Shown: piece after piece, positions 14,327 to 26,967 of the stretch
Layout of the letters: every line of letters begins with the position of its first letter
How positions within the stretch are numbered: position 1 is the stretch's first letter
Assembly (NCBI RefSeq): GCF_000497125.1
Contig: NC_090599.1
Location: 372,001-436,000 of the forward strand
DNA length: 64,000 nucleotides
Origin: Spironucleus salmonicida
Lineage: Eukaryota
Reading direction: 5' to 3'
Notes under the pieces: model-generated
Databases searched by the model: none
What the model saw: the letters and a program-made list of their open reading frames with translations, nothing else
Told to the model about the DNA's origin: nothing
Translations under genes and position numbers: made by a program

Positions 14327-15250
14327 TCACTTAATTTTACATTTTATACATTTTATTTATGATTATATATAATCTAGCTTTTCTTAATTTGTTGATTGTA
14401 TTGTTAATATTTTTTATTAGTTTTCTACAATTTATTTAAGTAAATTTATAACTTCTTATTTATTAGATTATGTGGGCATAATTAACTCATCATGTTCATC
14501 TTTTGTTATATGAAATGAATGTGATTCTGTTTCAGATATTAAAGTACCAATCTTATCAACTATCTAGAGGTCAGAATGTAATGGATTTTTAGAACAGTTG
14601 ACCATTTTTTATTCATTCCATAATAAATCAAAGTAAGACTTATGTTTTTCCATAGTATTTTATTTAAAAGATTAATTATCTTTTTACAGTAATTTCTTCC
14701 CTAGTTTGAAAGTATCACACTGGCTTAGCAGCTCAGTTACCGGAAATTTTGTCTTCATCAATTTTACTATTTAATTTATTATAACAATGCAATTATCAAC
14801 ATGTTCAACCTCTATAAATGTAATGGTTTAATCAAGAGAGGAAATAAATACATTTTTCAAATTTTTACACTATAACAATATAGAAAAATCATTTATATTT
14901 TCGCAGTTTATTGATTGAAAACTTGATATCTTACTACAATAACAAATAGAATGAAAACACTCTTGCGTTATAGTGCAATTAATAAGACTCAAAGATTATA
15001 AATTTAAGAAGTTATGAAATGGTAGTGATACCTAATTAATAAGCTGTAATTGTAATATTTATGCTTATATCTATTCTTTTTGCTAGATTTGATCCTTATT
15101 TATTTGATTTTCAAAAATATCAGGTACAAATTTTTGTTTTTCTAATGATTTTGTAGAATAGAGAATCTGGTTAAATTCATGATATAAGAACTACACGAAA
15201 TCTATTCTCTTCGAGACTAGCTAAAAAACCCCAAATAAAAAATTATTCAT
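14327..15250 (-). CDS. hypothetical protein with degenerate leucine-rich-repeat-like segment (~307 aa)
   Basis: Open frame to AAG-TGA with LNLQSLSLINC and LLQCKNLKNVFI. Start codon uncertain. Confidence 0.55.
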
Positions 15251-15480
15251 CTATAAAATGAATAATAGTAGTAAGTATATATTAATAAATTATTGAATTT
15301 GGTTATAAAAAAAGATTGATTATTGCAAGTTATTATTACAGATATTTTATAGTAAAAGAAAATAATCAATCAATTTTAAGGTAGATGCAAAAATATTACA
15401 CTAACTTTGGTTAGATAATTAGGGTTTAATTATTTTTAGTTATAAAATAAGCTAAATATATAATAGTAGATTGTAAACAA

Positions 15481-15906
15481 TCATTTGCTCCTTTTAATGA
15501 AAGCTTCTTGTATTTTCCTTACATGCTCAGGTTTTAAATGACTGCACATCACAACTTTAACCTCCTAAAGTTCTAATGTGTTAACAATAACCCTACATAT
15601 ATCTTTGACACATGAAGGGGCAAAATCATTTCTAGATAAGTCTATAAGTTCAATTCCACGAGATTCAAGGGAAAGCAAAATGGATCTAACACCGGAGTTC
15701 ATAAGTCCGTTCAAAGGGGCAATAAATTTAGTGACACGCATTTATTTTAAGGCTGTTGATAAGGCAATCGCTTATTTATCACCTATATATATTCCAGTCA
15801 AATTTAATTCTGTGACATGACTCTGTAGAAGTTTCTATAGATATGGTAGAGGTGGAATAAGTAAATTTTAGCATTCTTAAAGATAGGCGTCAACTGGAGT
15901 GGCCAT
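15481..15906 (-). CDS. small leucine-rich-repeat (RNI-like) protein (141 aa)
   Basis: ELNLTGIYIGDKQAIALSTAL, NGLMNSGVRSIL, IDLSRNDF. Confidence 0.75.
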
Positions 15907-15972
15907 ATTTTGAGTTATCAAATTTAACTATATTAGTATATATAATTATAATCATATGCTTCTTAATCCGCA

Positions 15973-16902
15973 ATGGATATAAATAAACTAAAGCATTCGA
16001 TTATATAGAAGTAGGAAGAAATAAAATCACTAGAGGGAAAAATTAAGGCATAAGAATAAGAAATTATAGATTTATAGAACGAACTTAATGATAACGAGCA
16101 GCAACATAAAGTAGCAATGGAATAACTGTAAGAAAAATTAACAACTTTCGAAACAGATCCTTCTCAGCTTCCACCTGAAATTAGAGACTTAAAAACTTAA
16201 ATATTTGCTAAGATAGAAGAAATAGAGAAGAATACTGAGGATAATATTTAAGTTGCAATCATGGAAGCGAAAAGCCATACTAGACCATAATACTAAACTA
16301 TATCTGAAAAATTAATGCAACGAGAATAACAGTAAAGAAATATACACAGGAAGAATTACATTTAGCAATTATAGTTAGAAAAAGATCAACTTTAAAATGA
16401 GTTAGTCTAATAACGTTAAAAAAATGTTGATCTTCAAACTCATATAAAGTAAACTGAAGAGAATATTAGGAAATTAAGACATGAATTACGCTATGTAATG
16501 ACAGAATCTTTAGAGAAAAAGCAATAAATAGGTAACGCTCTGGAATAAGTTAAACCGTCATAAAAACCATAGAAAACTCAGGTAATCAATCTGGCCCAAT
16601 AAAGCCAATTACAACCTCAAAAACCAGCTGACCGCACGGACTCGCTGAAACAGAAAATAGATGTTCTCTAAAAACAAATCTCGGACGCCCAGAACGACAT
16701 TCGCCTGGTGACGAATCTAGCAAAAACAGAACTAGAAGACTTGAACCTCTTGGATAAAATGCGCTCTACACAACCCCTAACCCCCGACGAGAAGCGCCAA
16801 ATTTGTGATCAGTTGTCCAAAAACGATGAAATCACGCAGGCCCTTCTGAGACTGGCATAAATCAAGGAGCAGCAGTCGTTCAAGCTTCCGCAGCTCAAGT
16901 GA
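15973..16902 (+). CDS. coiled-coil protein (309 aa)
   Basis: E/K/Q-rich heptads; ends AAG-TGA. Confidence 0.7.
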
Positions 16903-16925
16903 ACCATTTGCCATCACTCGACTTC

Positions 16926-17384
16926 TCACACCTCAAATCTGCAGAAAACAAGCGCGAAATCCTTAAACGAGATTTCACCTCCAAACTCATTACATAGGTC
17001 CTCAAGCTCCTGGCGCTCAGCCGGAATCCCGAGTTGTTGAAGGACAAACTACAGTTCCGATGCATTCACCATTCCGTCGCCGTTTCGGTCAAAACACAAG
17101 AAAACATCGCGAATGGTCGCCTCCTGGTCGTAGTTTCTAGACGAGTTTACGAGCAGTTTGGTGAAGTTAATAAACGAAATTTCCTGCGACTAGCAAAAAG
17201 TTTCCAGTATGTCCGCAATTTCACCCCTCGTTGGCTGTTGATTCAGAATGTGCATTATGCGGTCAATTTCATCGGGCTAGATCTTACCTGATTTGGAGAT
17301 ATTAAAGGCGTTAAAGGCCTCGCGGTACTCGTCCAAAAATTCGACTATTACGTCAGTTGGGATATCGTCCATATGTAGTTGCAT
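16926..17384 (-). CDS. calmodulin/centrin-like EF-hand protein, divergent (152 aa)
   Basis: EYREAFNAFNISKSGKIQPDE and VFLCFDRNGDGMVNASEL. Only one canonical-looking EF loop. Confidence 0.85.
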
Positions 17385-17611
17385 GGATTATTAGTAATGC
17401 CATATAATAATTGTAAATATTTAAGTATCAAATCATAATATTATTATATTGAATACTACATATTCTATATAATTATAAGGAATTTGGAATAATTTTCAGT
17501 AACTTATATAATACTTAGTTTAAGCCAAATGGAATACAAAAATTAAACTTCTGCATTTTCAATATAATGTATAATACATTTCATTTAGATTCCGCCTTTT
17601 ACAAAAATAAA

Positions 17612-19204
17612 ATGTCTATAGAGAAATACAGTTTAGAGCACCCCACAAAAATAAACTCACCAAGGTCTTTTATTGCTATGGACCGTTTAGGTATCACTGA
17701 ACAGATGATTTAGCCTCCAACACAGCTTTCCTACAAGCTTACTGTTGGTGACGATGATATAGCCGAAAAAGGCTACTACATGAAACTAGCAGAAGTGTAA
17801 GAGTATGTTTCTGATCTAAAATAGGAGTTTATTAACATTAAACAGAACGGTATCCTCTTTGAGGAGTACTTGATCCAGAAGGAGAATCCATTGCTCCAAG
17901 ACCTTGTACGCGCGGATTCTGTCGATTACTCGCTTAAGCAGTCAGATTTCAAGATAATTTCCAACGAAGAGGCCCAGCGAAGACGGTGCGAGTAAGAGAA
18001 GGCTTTCAAAGACGAAATGGAAAAAGCCCAGCAGGAACGTCTACGCAAGAACCATGAAATCGAAATAAAGCGTGCAGAACGCATATAGCAGCTTGCAGTA
18101 GAGCGTGAGGCTCACGCAATCTAGGAACGTGAAAAATAAGCTAAAATTCTTGCAGATAAACAAGCGTTCGCTAAATCGCAGCTGGAGCGAAACTTCCAGC
18201 TCCAGAAATCGATGCGAGACAAGGACGAGCATCTACGTCAGCAGAAGCTAGAGTAACACCGCCAAATCTAGTCCCAGGCAGCGCACGAGCGCCGCCTTCA
18301 GGAGGAGCGCAAAAAAGAGCTCGAAATTCAGTAGCAGAAGGAGCAGAAACGTAAATTCCAGGAGTTCCGTGAGCAGACATTACGGGCTGAGCAGCAGGAG
18401 AAAGAGCGCCAGAAGCGGCTCATCGAGGAGCAGCGTTTGAAGGAGCAGGCGAACCGGATGAAGCAGTTGGAGGCGGTTAAGAAACAGGAGGAAATACGGC
18501 AACTTTTTAAGTAGAAGCAGCGCGAGAACGAACTAGCGTTCAAGGAGAAGATGAAGGTCGCAGACGCGAATATCCAGAGCAAGAACTACCAGATTTTCGA
18601 GAAGGCGAGCCAGCTGAAGCTAAAGTACGACGTAAAGACCGAGAACGCCAAAATCCTTATCGACCAGGCGGAGCGTTAGAGGCATGCACAGCTACAGAGC
18701 TCGCTGGACGATACCTACGAGAAGATGCGCAAAGCGGACGAGATCAAGCGCCAAAGGGAGAAGGAGCTGTTGATGAGCGCTGTAGAGAAGCAGTTCCAGT
18801 TCGAGCATAAAACGAACAACTCGGAGCAGTACAAGCGTAAAAAGGAGTATCAGGCGAAGCTGAAGGGCGTCAAGACGCAGCACAAGTTGAACGTAGTGGA
18901 CCAGATGCAGCAGGAGCGCGACTTCGTGCGGAACCAGAACGTCTAGCTAAGCGTGAAGCTGGACTCCCTAAAGACGCTGCCAGAACATGAAAGGCAGCAG
19001 CGCGAGGCTGAAATAATGCGCAATATGGCCAGCACAACCGGGAAGGCCTCGCAGGCTGCGTCGTCTTAGAAGGTCAGGCCGGCTAGCGCTAGCCGCAAGG
19101 TTATCGATATTAGCTCGCCGCAAAATCCGGTGTCGCAGGAAAATCCCAAATAAACCGATTTGTTGAAGGAAGACGTATTGAAAATTGAGGAGTTGAAAGA
19201 GTGA
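17612..19204 (+). CDS. trichohyalin-like E/K/R/Q-rich coiled-coil protein with CCDC177-like N-terminal motif (530 aa)
   Basis: INSPRSFIAMDRLGI resembles the SPRSLEAC..LG motif of CCDC177-type proteins; long charged helix; ends GAG-TGA. Confidence 0.7.
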
Positions 19205-19248
19205 TTTTTATATGATTATATATACCTGTATTGTATCAAAAATTAAAA

Positions 19249-20259
19249 ATGAGCCAGCTCCCGCTTTCTGATTAGGGCACATCTCGCCACTATCCGACGA
19301 TGAAAGCGATCAGTAACTCGTTATTTGACCTAATGCAAGCTATTAGTAACTCAAATCTGAATAAAAAAGGTATATACAAGCATCTGCTAAAAGCGGCAGA
19401 TTTCGTATCTTTTCTGTTAACATCTGAGGCCATTTACAGCCTGGCCAGAAAATTGGACGAAAATTCAGAGATTCTTATGGATAAAACCCTGACAGATACG
19501 ATGAAAAGGCACCAGTTTCTCAAAAAGAATCAAATCTCACGTGCATGTCTGAATGTTATCAGAAGCAAATTCCGTCCGAACTCTGAATAGTTTCTGATAC
19601 AAATTTTGACACAAGAATTTGAGAAGACGTCCTTAAAACGTACTTTCTTCCGAACAAAACAGCATCCCTTACACGTTGTTCTGTTTGACTTTTAGCTAGA
19701 TGTGACACTCACTTTTTCCCTCCTCTGCTTCTACTTGTTCACTCAAGATGTTGTATTTGAGGCCTTTGATGAGTATCAAAATGTCGAGATTTAGACTTTT
19801 CAGTTCAAAGAGTTCGTTTTCAACATACAATCAGCTCCACGGTTTGTCGACTTTTGGTTTCCAGCGTTCAGTAAAGATGAAAAAGTAATATTTCAGGCCA
19901 GATATATTGAAAACGACATAAACTACGATATAGCAGGTGATGACGAAGATTTTAAAGAAAATATGATGTTCTAAAATGACATTTAGTTCAAAGACAGCAT
20001 AATAAGAGAAAACGTCAAAAACGACCCAATAGCCGAAAAAGTTAACTACCGTGAGTTGGTATAAGAAGAAGTCAGCCGATAAATTGAGCCACTAAAGCAG
20101 TAGATGAATAGCTTGGACAAGAAACTCAAAAATCTAACCGACCAGAACAGCATCCTGAGTGCGAGCCAGCAGAAGATTTTACTCGATTTCGACAAGATGT
20201 TCAACGTTGTCAGGGAGCTCAACGACAGCATAATCAGGCTAGCTGGTAGGAAGAAGTGA
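19249..20259 (+). CDS. hypothetical protein with C-terminal coiled coil (336 aa)
   Basis: Extends track ORF 19300..19590 through TAG/TAA codons to AAG-TGA. Confidence 0.7.
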
Positions 20260-20270
20260 AAATTATCGAG

Positions 20271-21056
20271 TCATAAAACGAATTTCGCATTTCCCAGCGC
20301 CAATACCGCGTTCACATAACGATTATCGTCATGCACGGCCTTGCCCTGTGCCCACTGTATGACCGCCATCTATACACATTCTTCCGCTTGCCCGGCATAG
20401 AACTCGATAAAAAGCGCCAAATTCATGATCTTTTCGCTCTTTCCGAAGCGGATTTGACCCTGCAGTGCGAGGATTTCTTTCAGGTCCTGCACAAGCGCAG
20501 CAGCACGCAGCGCGTCATAGTTTGCCTTCACAAGGTACTGGTCTGTAAGGCCCTGCACAGAGTAGTCAAATCGGACGGCGCGCATCTAGGACCGGAACTT
20601 TATGTAGTCGCCGCAGAAGTAGTCGCGTTGAGGCTACAGGTGGTCTTTTAGAGCGTCGAACTGGGCGTGGTAGATCAGAACAGCCTTATGCAGCGTGTTA
20701 GGTGTCCTAATTTCGCACGGGTCTGGCTTTTGTGTGGATCTGGCGTACATTTTCTCGACTTTAGTGCAAAGTGGCGTGAAAACGTCCTGGTGGGGAGATT
20801 TTGGTTTGCTCTTCGGAATAAGTTACTCTTTAATGGTAAACTGGAGATTTAGCGCGTAGTCTATAACTTTTTGAGGGATTTTTAGGTCTTTTGCTTATCC
20901 TTTGATGAAATTTAGAAACGCTTCATCGTTTTGGATAATTTTGGGTGATGGGATAGCTACCCCGTAGCTGCATAGGTTTTCCCAGATCAAATAGAGCTGT
21001 TGAACTCGTTTGATGTCATTTAACCCTACCCCTTTGAAAAACATTTATTTAGACAT
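20271..21056 (-). CDS. SAC3/GANP/THP3-family (LENG8-like) protein, truncated (261 aa)
   Basis: CTKVEKMYARSTQKPDPCEIRTPNTLHKA and FRSQMRAVRFDYSVQGL match the LEKxYxR...PDP..VR / Q.KSIRQDLTVQ pattern. Confidence 0.7.
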
Positions 21057-21070
21057 TTTCGAAATGGAAA

Positions 21071-22147
21071 TCACTTTATAATCCAATCGTAAGAATATGG
21101 TGTAATAACCTCAACACCATGCTCAGTAACCCTTATATCATCTTCAATTCGCACTCCACCGACTTTGTGATAATAAAGGCCAGGCTCTATAGTGAAAACC
21201 TGATTAATTATACAAACCTTATCTTCAGCTACTCTGGTGTTCACACTTGGAGCTTCATGCAAATCTAACCCAACTCCATGACCTAAGCCGTGAATCATTC
21301 CGCACCATTAGTCGTCAATTAGCTCCTTTTTATATCCATCCTTAGCAAAAGCATCTTCCACATATTTAGCGATATCGAGTATCCTCATACCAGGTTTAAC
21401 CATTTATATAGCATGTTATTATACTTCCAAAACCTTCTCATACTGCTTTTTAAGTACATTTGATGGTTTTCCTTTTACAAACGTTCTTGTCATATCTGCA
21501 TAATACAATGTGTCAGCTCTTGGGAAAATATCACACACAATAGCTTGATTAGGAATAATATTCCCAGTTCCTATACAATGAGGATCACATCCTTATACAC
21601 CACATGCTATTATTGGTTCATAATCACTTATCCCACCATTTTCAAGAATAACTTTTTTAACTTCTATGCGAAGAGTTTCACTGGTAAGCTTAGTATTATT
21701 ATAAATGATAAACTCACCTTATATTGTACTTTCACTTAAAATATTTTTAATTTTATCAAAACACTTCATTGAAATTTTATTCGCATTAATTAAGTGTTAT
21801 ACTTCTTATTCTGTTTTAATCTCTCTTTCTTGTATACATGACTCTATAACATCAATTTATCTCTACTCTTGAATTTTTTTAAACAATCCCGCCGGAAAAT
21901 TATAATTTACCTTTAAGTCAGTTATATCTTCAGTAATTTTTAAAGCATATTCATGGTCTTTGAATCCCTTTTCTCTCAGGAAAACTTCGCAACAAGATTC
22001 TTTTTAGGCTCTTCCAAACTCTAATTCTGAAACATAAATCTTAGGTTATTACGGAGAATTAACGAGTAAAAATACTGGATCGTGAACAATAAATTTTGAT
22101 GCATATAGAAAATCTGCGTTATCTGATGTAGTGAAATATAATGTCAT
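21071..22147 (-). CDS. Xaa-Pro peptidase, M24B family, prokaryote-type (358 aa)
   Basis: DPHCIG, CDIFPR, YYADMTRT, HGLGHGVGLDLHEAP, TIEPGLY and GGVRIEDD metal-ligand motifs. Confidence 0.93.
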
Positions 22148-22274
22148 TTATTACACTGATTTGATAAAATAAATAATTTTTATATATAATAACCAAATTA
22201 TATATTCTCTTTGGAAATTAAATATACAACAGTTCTATATGATAATGTTATAGTTTAAAATACAAATTTCAATA

Positions 22275-22793
22275 ATGCGTGCCACTTTTGACTTCGTCTC
22301 CCTATTTTAATCTACACCAACTACAGTTGATCCTATATCAAAATCATTTTAATCACTATTTCCATATCCTCAATTTTTTGATTAGTTATGCAAGCTTCAT
22401 GAAGATTTAATTACAATTAAAGCTAACTTTCCAGCTTCTATCCACATTAGAAAATCATTTATATAGTAGGAGAATATATAGTTAGAGAAATTAAAATAAA
22501 ATCTATGCTAAATCAACGATAATGCTCAATTTTTTGAAGATGATCATTCCCTTTTATCAGAGAACACACTTCTTGCCAGGCTCAATTAAAAAAACTTCGT
22601 AAACGCTCTAGCAGCTATATCAAAAAGTTAAAGTGTTCTAAATAAACTTAACTATGAGATCAGAGAATATGTTATTTCTCAGCGTGAAAATTAAGATTTA
22701 GAAAAGAAATTAGAAGAGGGATTAGAAATTTGCGAATATAATTTAAAGATTATTTAGGATGAAGCAACTGTATTGGGAGTTGATTATGAGTGA
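22275..22793 (+). CDS. hypothetical helical protein (172 aa)
   Basis: ATG to GAG-TGA open frame between AT-rich spacers. Confidence 0.6.
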
Positions 22794-22926
22794 ATAAGCT
22801 GGTATCATAATACGTTTCAAATAGCTTATGTTCGGATAAATGAAAATTTGTCGAAAAGGCTAAAATTTAAAACATTATTTTTATATAAATATATAACTAT
22901 TTTTAATTTATTCCCAATTGCAAAAT

Positions 22927-24354
22927 ATGAATAGTGAGGGTGAAGAAGATTGGTCAATCCCAATTCCATAAGCTCTAAGAGAATATCTTATTAATATCTC
23001 AAGTAAACTACACTAATTACAAAAGACAACTACTATCATTGAGTCCACTATTTTAGCAGCCCCAAGCAAGCCAGAAATTATATAGTTTTTAGATTCAAAA
23101 ATTGATATAAATTTTGCAAATGAAGTTGAAATTGATGTTCAGAATCAAATTAAAGCAATAAGAGACTCTCAACAAGATATGCGTACATAGTTTTCAGACT
23201 AACTTTCAGTGTTAAATGATGACTTGTAAGTATTATAAAGGTAAAATAAACAAATTTCTGACTTTAAACAAGATTATGAATAATTTAGAAGAGAAATTAT
23301 TCAACTTAAAAGGTAGACAGAAGAAATTGAGTCAAAATCTTAAGCAAATTTAGCAGAGTATAGAAAAGAACAAGATCTTATTCATAGTACTTTCACTTAA
23401 TTAACAGTTGATGTTAATAATATGGTAGGTGGTGTCGACTCTCTAAACCAACTACAGCTAAAGGTAGATGATAGTGTAGGAGCTTTAAAAAAGGAATTAG
23501 TTAGTAAGTATGACACAATTTTAACATAATCAACGGACTCTAAGGGACTATTATAGTCATTAGTACAAAATGTACCAGATATTTTATCTAAGGCTCGAAC
23601 TTAAATCGAAGGTGATATGAAAGGTTTAATTACATAAGAAAGATAACGTAGAGCTGTTGAATAAAATTATTTTAAAACTGTAGTCAAAGAAATTTAAGAG
23701 AAACTTATTGTTACTGAAAACTAAAACAAGTCATTGAAAGAAGACTTTGACAAAGCTGGTAAAGATTTACTTGTTTATTTAGATATTAAATTAGAAGATA
23801 TGAAAATCGACTTTTAAGAATAAATTAACTAACTTATTGGTAAAAACTAATAGGTTAAATCATCAGTAGATGAAGCAGTTCGTGATTAACAAGAGTAAGT
23901 CACAAAACTTAAATACTTTGAACAAACATTTAGAAATGCAGATAAGCAGTGGAAGTAATCTGTTGCGGATGTCTAACTAAATACCTCAAAGTATGTTGGA
24001 TAATTAGAGGATAGAATTTAAGAAGGTGTTGATTAAGTACGGTCAATGCTTATTAATGCAACTGAAGCATCCAATGAGGCAGCTGAAAAATCAGAGCAGA
24101 TTAAATAAATATGGGAAGGTGAGTGGAAGAAAAGAGAGAACCTAGTAGACGACTAGTTAATCAGTTTAACCAAATTGGCTGAGGAAGTTCGTGGAGCGGT
24201 AGACGGCGAAACTAACGTTAGAATAACTGATATTTCAGAAATCGAGAATAGAATCATAGATATACACGGCAAGATTGACAAAGAGTTAGGCAAGAAAGCA
24301 AGTAAAATCGAAATTGATAAAGCCCTGTACCTGAAAGTCGACAGGCCCTAGTGA
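22927..24354 (+). CDS. long coiled-coil protein, possibly cytoskeletal (475 aa)
   Basis: Continuous heptad pattern; ends TAG-TGA. Confidence 0.72.
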
Positions 24355-24396
24355 GCCAATTTGTTATTATTATATAGTATCCGGAAACAACAAAAA

Positions 24397-25104
24397 ATGA
24401 CGATCGTGTTTTTTGACTTGGACGGCGTTCTGGTGAAGGAATGTGGTGTCGCAGAATATGGTTACGCATACCTGCTGAATCTCTTAGCCGACCCGGTGTT
24501 CGATCTTTCGCAAGCTCCTGACCCCAAATACTTCAAAATAGCGTCCGAGCTGCGCCCAAAAATCAAAGGCCGTCACCCCATTGCGAAGGTGGAGATCATC
24601 TACAAATTACTATAAATTTCAGCTGCACAAATAGCGCGATTTCCTCCTGTCATGTCTGTCGAGCTCTGGTACGCCGCCCAGAGAACCTTTATCGTCAAAA
24701 ACCACCCAGTAGCCAGCTACATCGTCCCTGGTGCCAAGGAGCTGATATAACGTATGAAGAGTGCGAACATCACGCTCGCCACGCTGACTGCCAACGAGGC
24801 AGGCCAGGCAAAATGGCTATTGGAGTACTGCTGCGTGGAGTTCGACCATATATTCGGTTACGACCTTGAACGGCCTGATTTGGTGCTGAAGTAGGACCTC
24901 CCCAGATAGTTTCTGCGAGAAAATCACTTCGAGCGTGTTTTCGTGATCGGCGACGGCGTCCCGGACGTGTTGGCGGGAAACATTTTGGGGGTAAGCATTG
25001 GGATCGCCTGGGGCGACGATAACTACTAAAAACTGCAGGAAAACGGGGCAAGCCTGGTTTGCCGCGGTGTCGAGGTCGAAAAAATAATGACTTTTGTGGA
25101 GTGA
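24397..25104 (+). CDS. HAD-superfamily hydrolase (235 aa)
   Basis: Motif I VFFDLDGVL, PGAKEL, motif II LATLTAN and motif IV VIGDGVPDV. Confidence 0.88.
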
Positions 25105-25157
25105 TTAAATTATGAATATTTATATATAATATTATAATATATCGATTGTTTTAAAAT

Positions 25158-25625
25158 ATGCCCAGCCAGCTAGAGCGTTTTCAGCTTCAACAGCTTAGGC
25201 AAAAGAAGACAGCTGATAAAAATAGGATTTTAGAAGCAGTAGTATTTGAGTAGAATAACTTTCAGCAGAAGCCCTACTAGCTTTAAGAGCTGGCGAGACC
25301 TGAAAAAAACCGTCTGGTCAGAAGCAACTAGTAATAAATCAGGGAAAACTAGCCATACTTATAATCTGGTATATATTTTTCGTTTTAATCTTCGTAAATG
25401 ACATAATCGCAGCCATTGTTTAGAAGATAGAGTATCAACTTAACAGATTAAATTGGAGTCACTACAAAAAGCAAACAAAAACCTGTTAATTATTCTTATA
25501 CTTAAATATCTGTTGCATAATTCAAATAAGAATTCGATAAAATAGCACGGTAAGAGGCATTAATGGCAAAAAGCAATTATTTTCAAACCGTGCTACATTA
25601 ATCACGTTCTATGAGTAGAAAATGA
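25158..25625 (+). CDS. hypothetical Gln-rich protein (155 aa)
   Basis: ATG to AAA-TGA open frame after a TATA-rich spacer. Confidence 0.55.
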
Positions 25626-25628
25626 CAA

Positions 25629-26285
25629 TCACTCCAATAAAGTTATTATCTTTTATGAATCCGCATAATTTAGCTGTTAAACTATGTCTTATTTTATGGT
25701 ACTCATTTTATTTTCTTATACGGCAAATTTCTCTCTAAGCATTATATTCTCTTTCTAATAAAAACTCAGCTTGTCCAAAAGTCGTTCTTAGTCGAACGTT
25801 TATTTTACTGCTTCTGGTGACTACTAGTTATTAAACTGCTTAAGTTTCTCCTCTAAATCTTACATTTTTTAGACCAATAGCAAATTCTAGGATCTTAAAT
25901 TTTAATTTAATACCAATAAATCATTATCTTTTTATGATTGTTAATAAGTTGTAGACATATTAGATAATATTAAGTTAGGTCCCTCGGTTGAATCTACAGA
26001 GATATCATTTAAAATATTAATTGGTATTGGAAGGTTGTTTGAGATCTAGTTTGAATATATAGTGAATGAATCCCTTTGGTTTTTGTTTGCAGATTGGAAG
26101 TCAAAATTATAATTCTTAATAGGCTCATATTTTGATTGAGTAAGTTTATTTGTCGATAAATATTCATCTTTTGGGGCTATAGGTAATCTATTCTTACTAA
26201 ATGAACCATATTTATCTTTATCTAACGTTTGACTTGATTTTTTGCAGGCAAGGTTATGGTTTTACATTATATTTGAAGACATCAT
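25629..26285 (-). CDS. hypothetical protein with C-terminal coiled coil (218 aa)
   Basis: Open frame to GAG-TGA; converges on its neighbour with a 3-nt gap. Confidence 0.6.
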
Positions 26286-26400
26286 TTATGAATTACATGA
26301 ATTATATATTTATTATACATAAATCAATATTATTTTTAAAATAAAGTTAGACGCTATATTATATGATATAATATAACAAATAATTTATGAAAAAAATTAA

Positions 26401-26850
26401 TCAAAGCAAATCCTAGAAAAAGTCGTGAAACTCTTAAAATTAGATCTTTCCATCAGCATTAAAATCGATAACTTCAAACATATCATCAATGTCTTACTCT
26501 GTTAAGCTCATATGGCCAATATTAACTAATAATTACTACAACTCTTTTCTATCAATTTCTCCTGAGTCATCCTTATCAACAAGTCTAAATATATTTTTCA
26601 ATTCGGTTTCTTTGTCTTGTGGCTTCAGAATTGTCATAAATTTACAAAATTCATCGAAATCCATGTAACCATTGCCATCTTCATCTACCTTTCCTACATT
26701 CTTAACAATAGATTCACGGGTGTACTTTATATGAAGCTACTTTAACATGGTTTCTATTTCTGCAATATCAATAAAACCGTTACCATCTAAATCAAAAGCT
26801 TTAAATGTTTCATAAAGTTCAGCTTTTAGCTCAGCCGTAACTGTATTCAT
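26401..26850 (-). CDS. calmodulin-like protein, four EF-hands, tandem copy A (149 aa)
   Basis: Loops DLDGNGFIDIAE, DEDGNGYMDFDE, DKDDSGEIDRKE, DFNADGKIQFQE. Confidence 0.92.
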
Positions 26851-26967
26851 TTAAAAATATATATGGAATGGAAATATATGAGTAATAATATGTACGAACT
26901 TCATAAATTTACTGATAAGTAATATGAATATATTAAGAATAATTATTATATGTTAAATTTTTATCAA

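Noticed and set aside
15251-15300. Possible intron 3' splice site (TTTTATAG) before ATG 15250
   Set aside because: No ACTAAC-type branch point fused to the acceptor and no matching donor, as diplomonad introns would have.
16914-16928. Selenocysteine or readthrough at the first of two in-frame TGAs in the EF-hand gene
   Set aside because: Only two codons separate them, there is no redox motif or SECIS evidence, and the second TGA is better explained as the AGTGA 3'-end signal.
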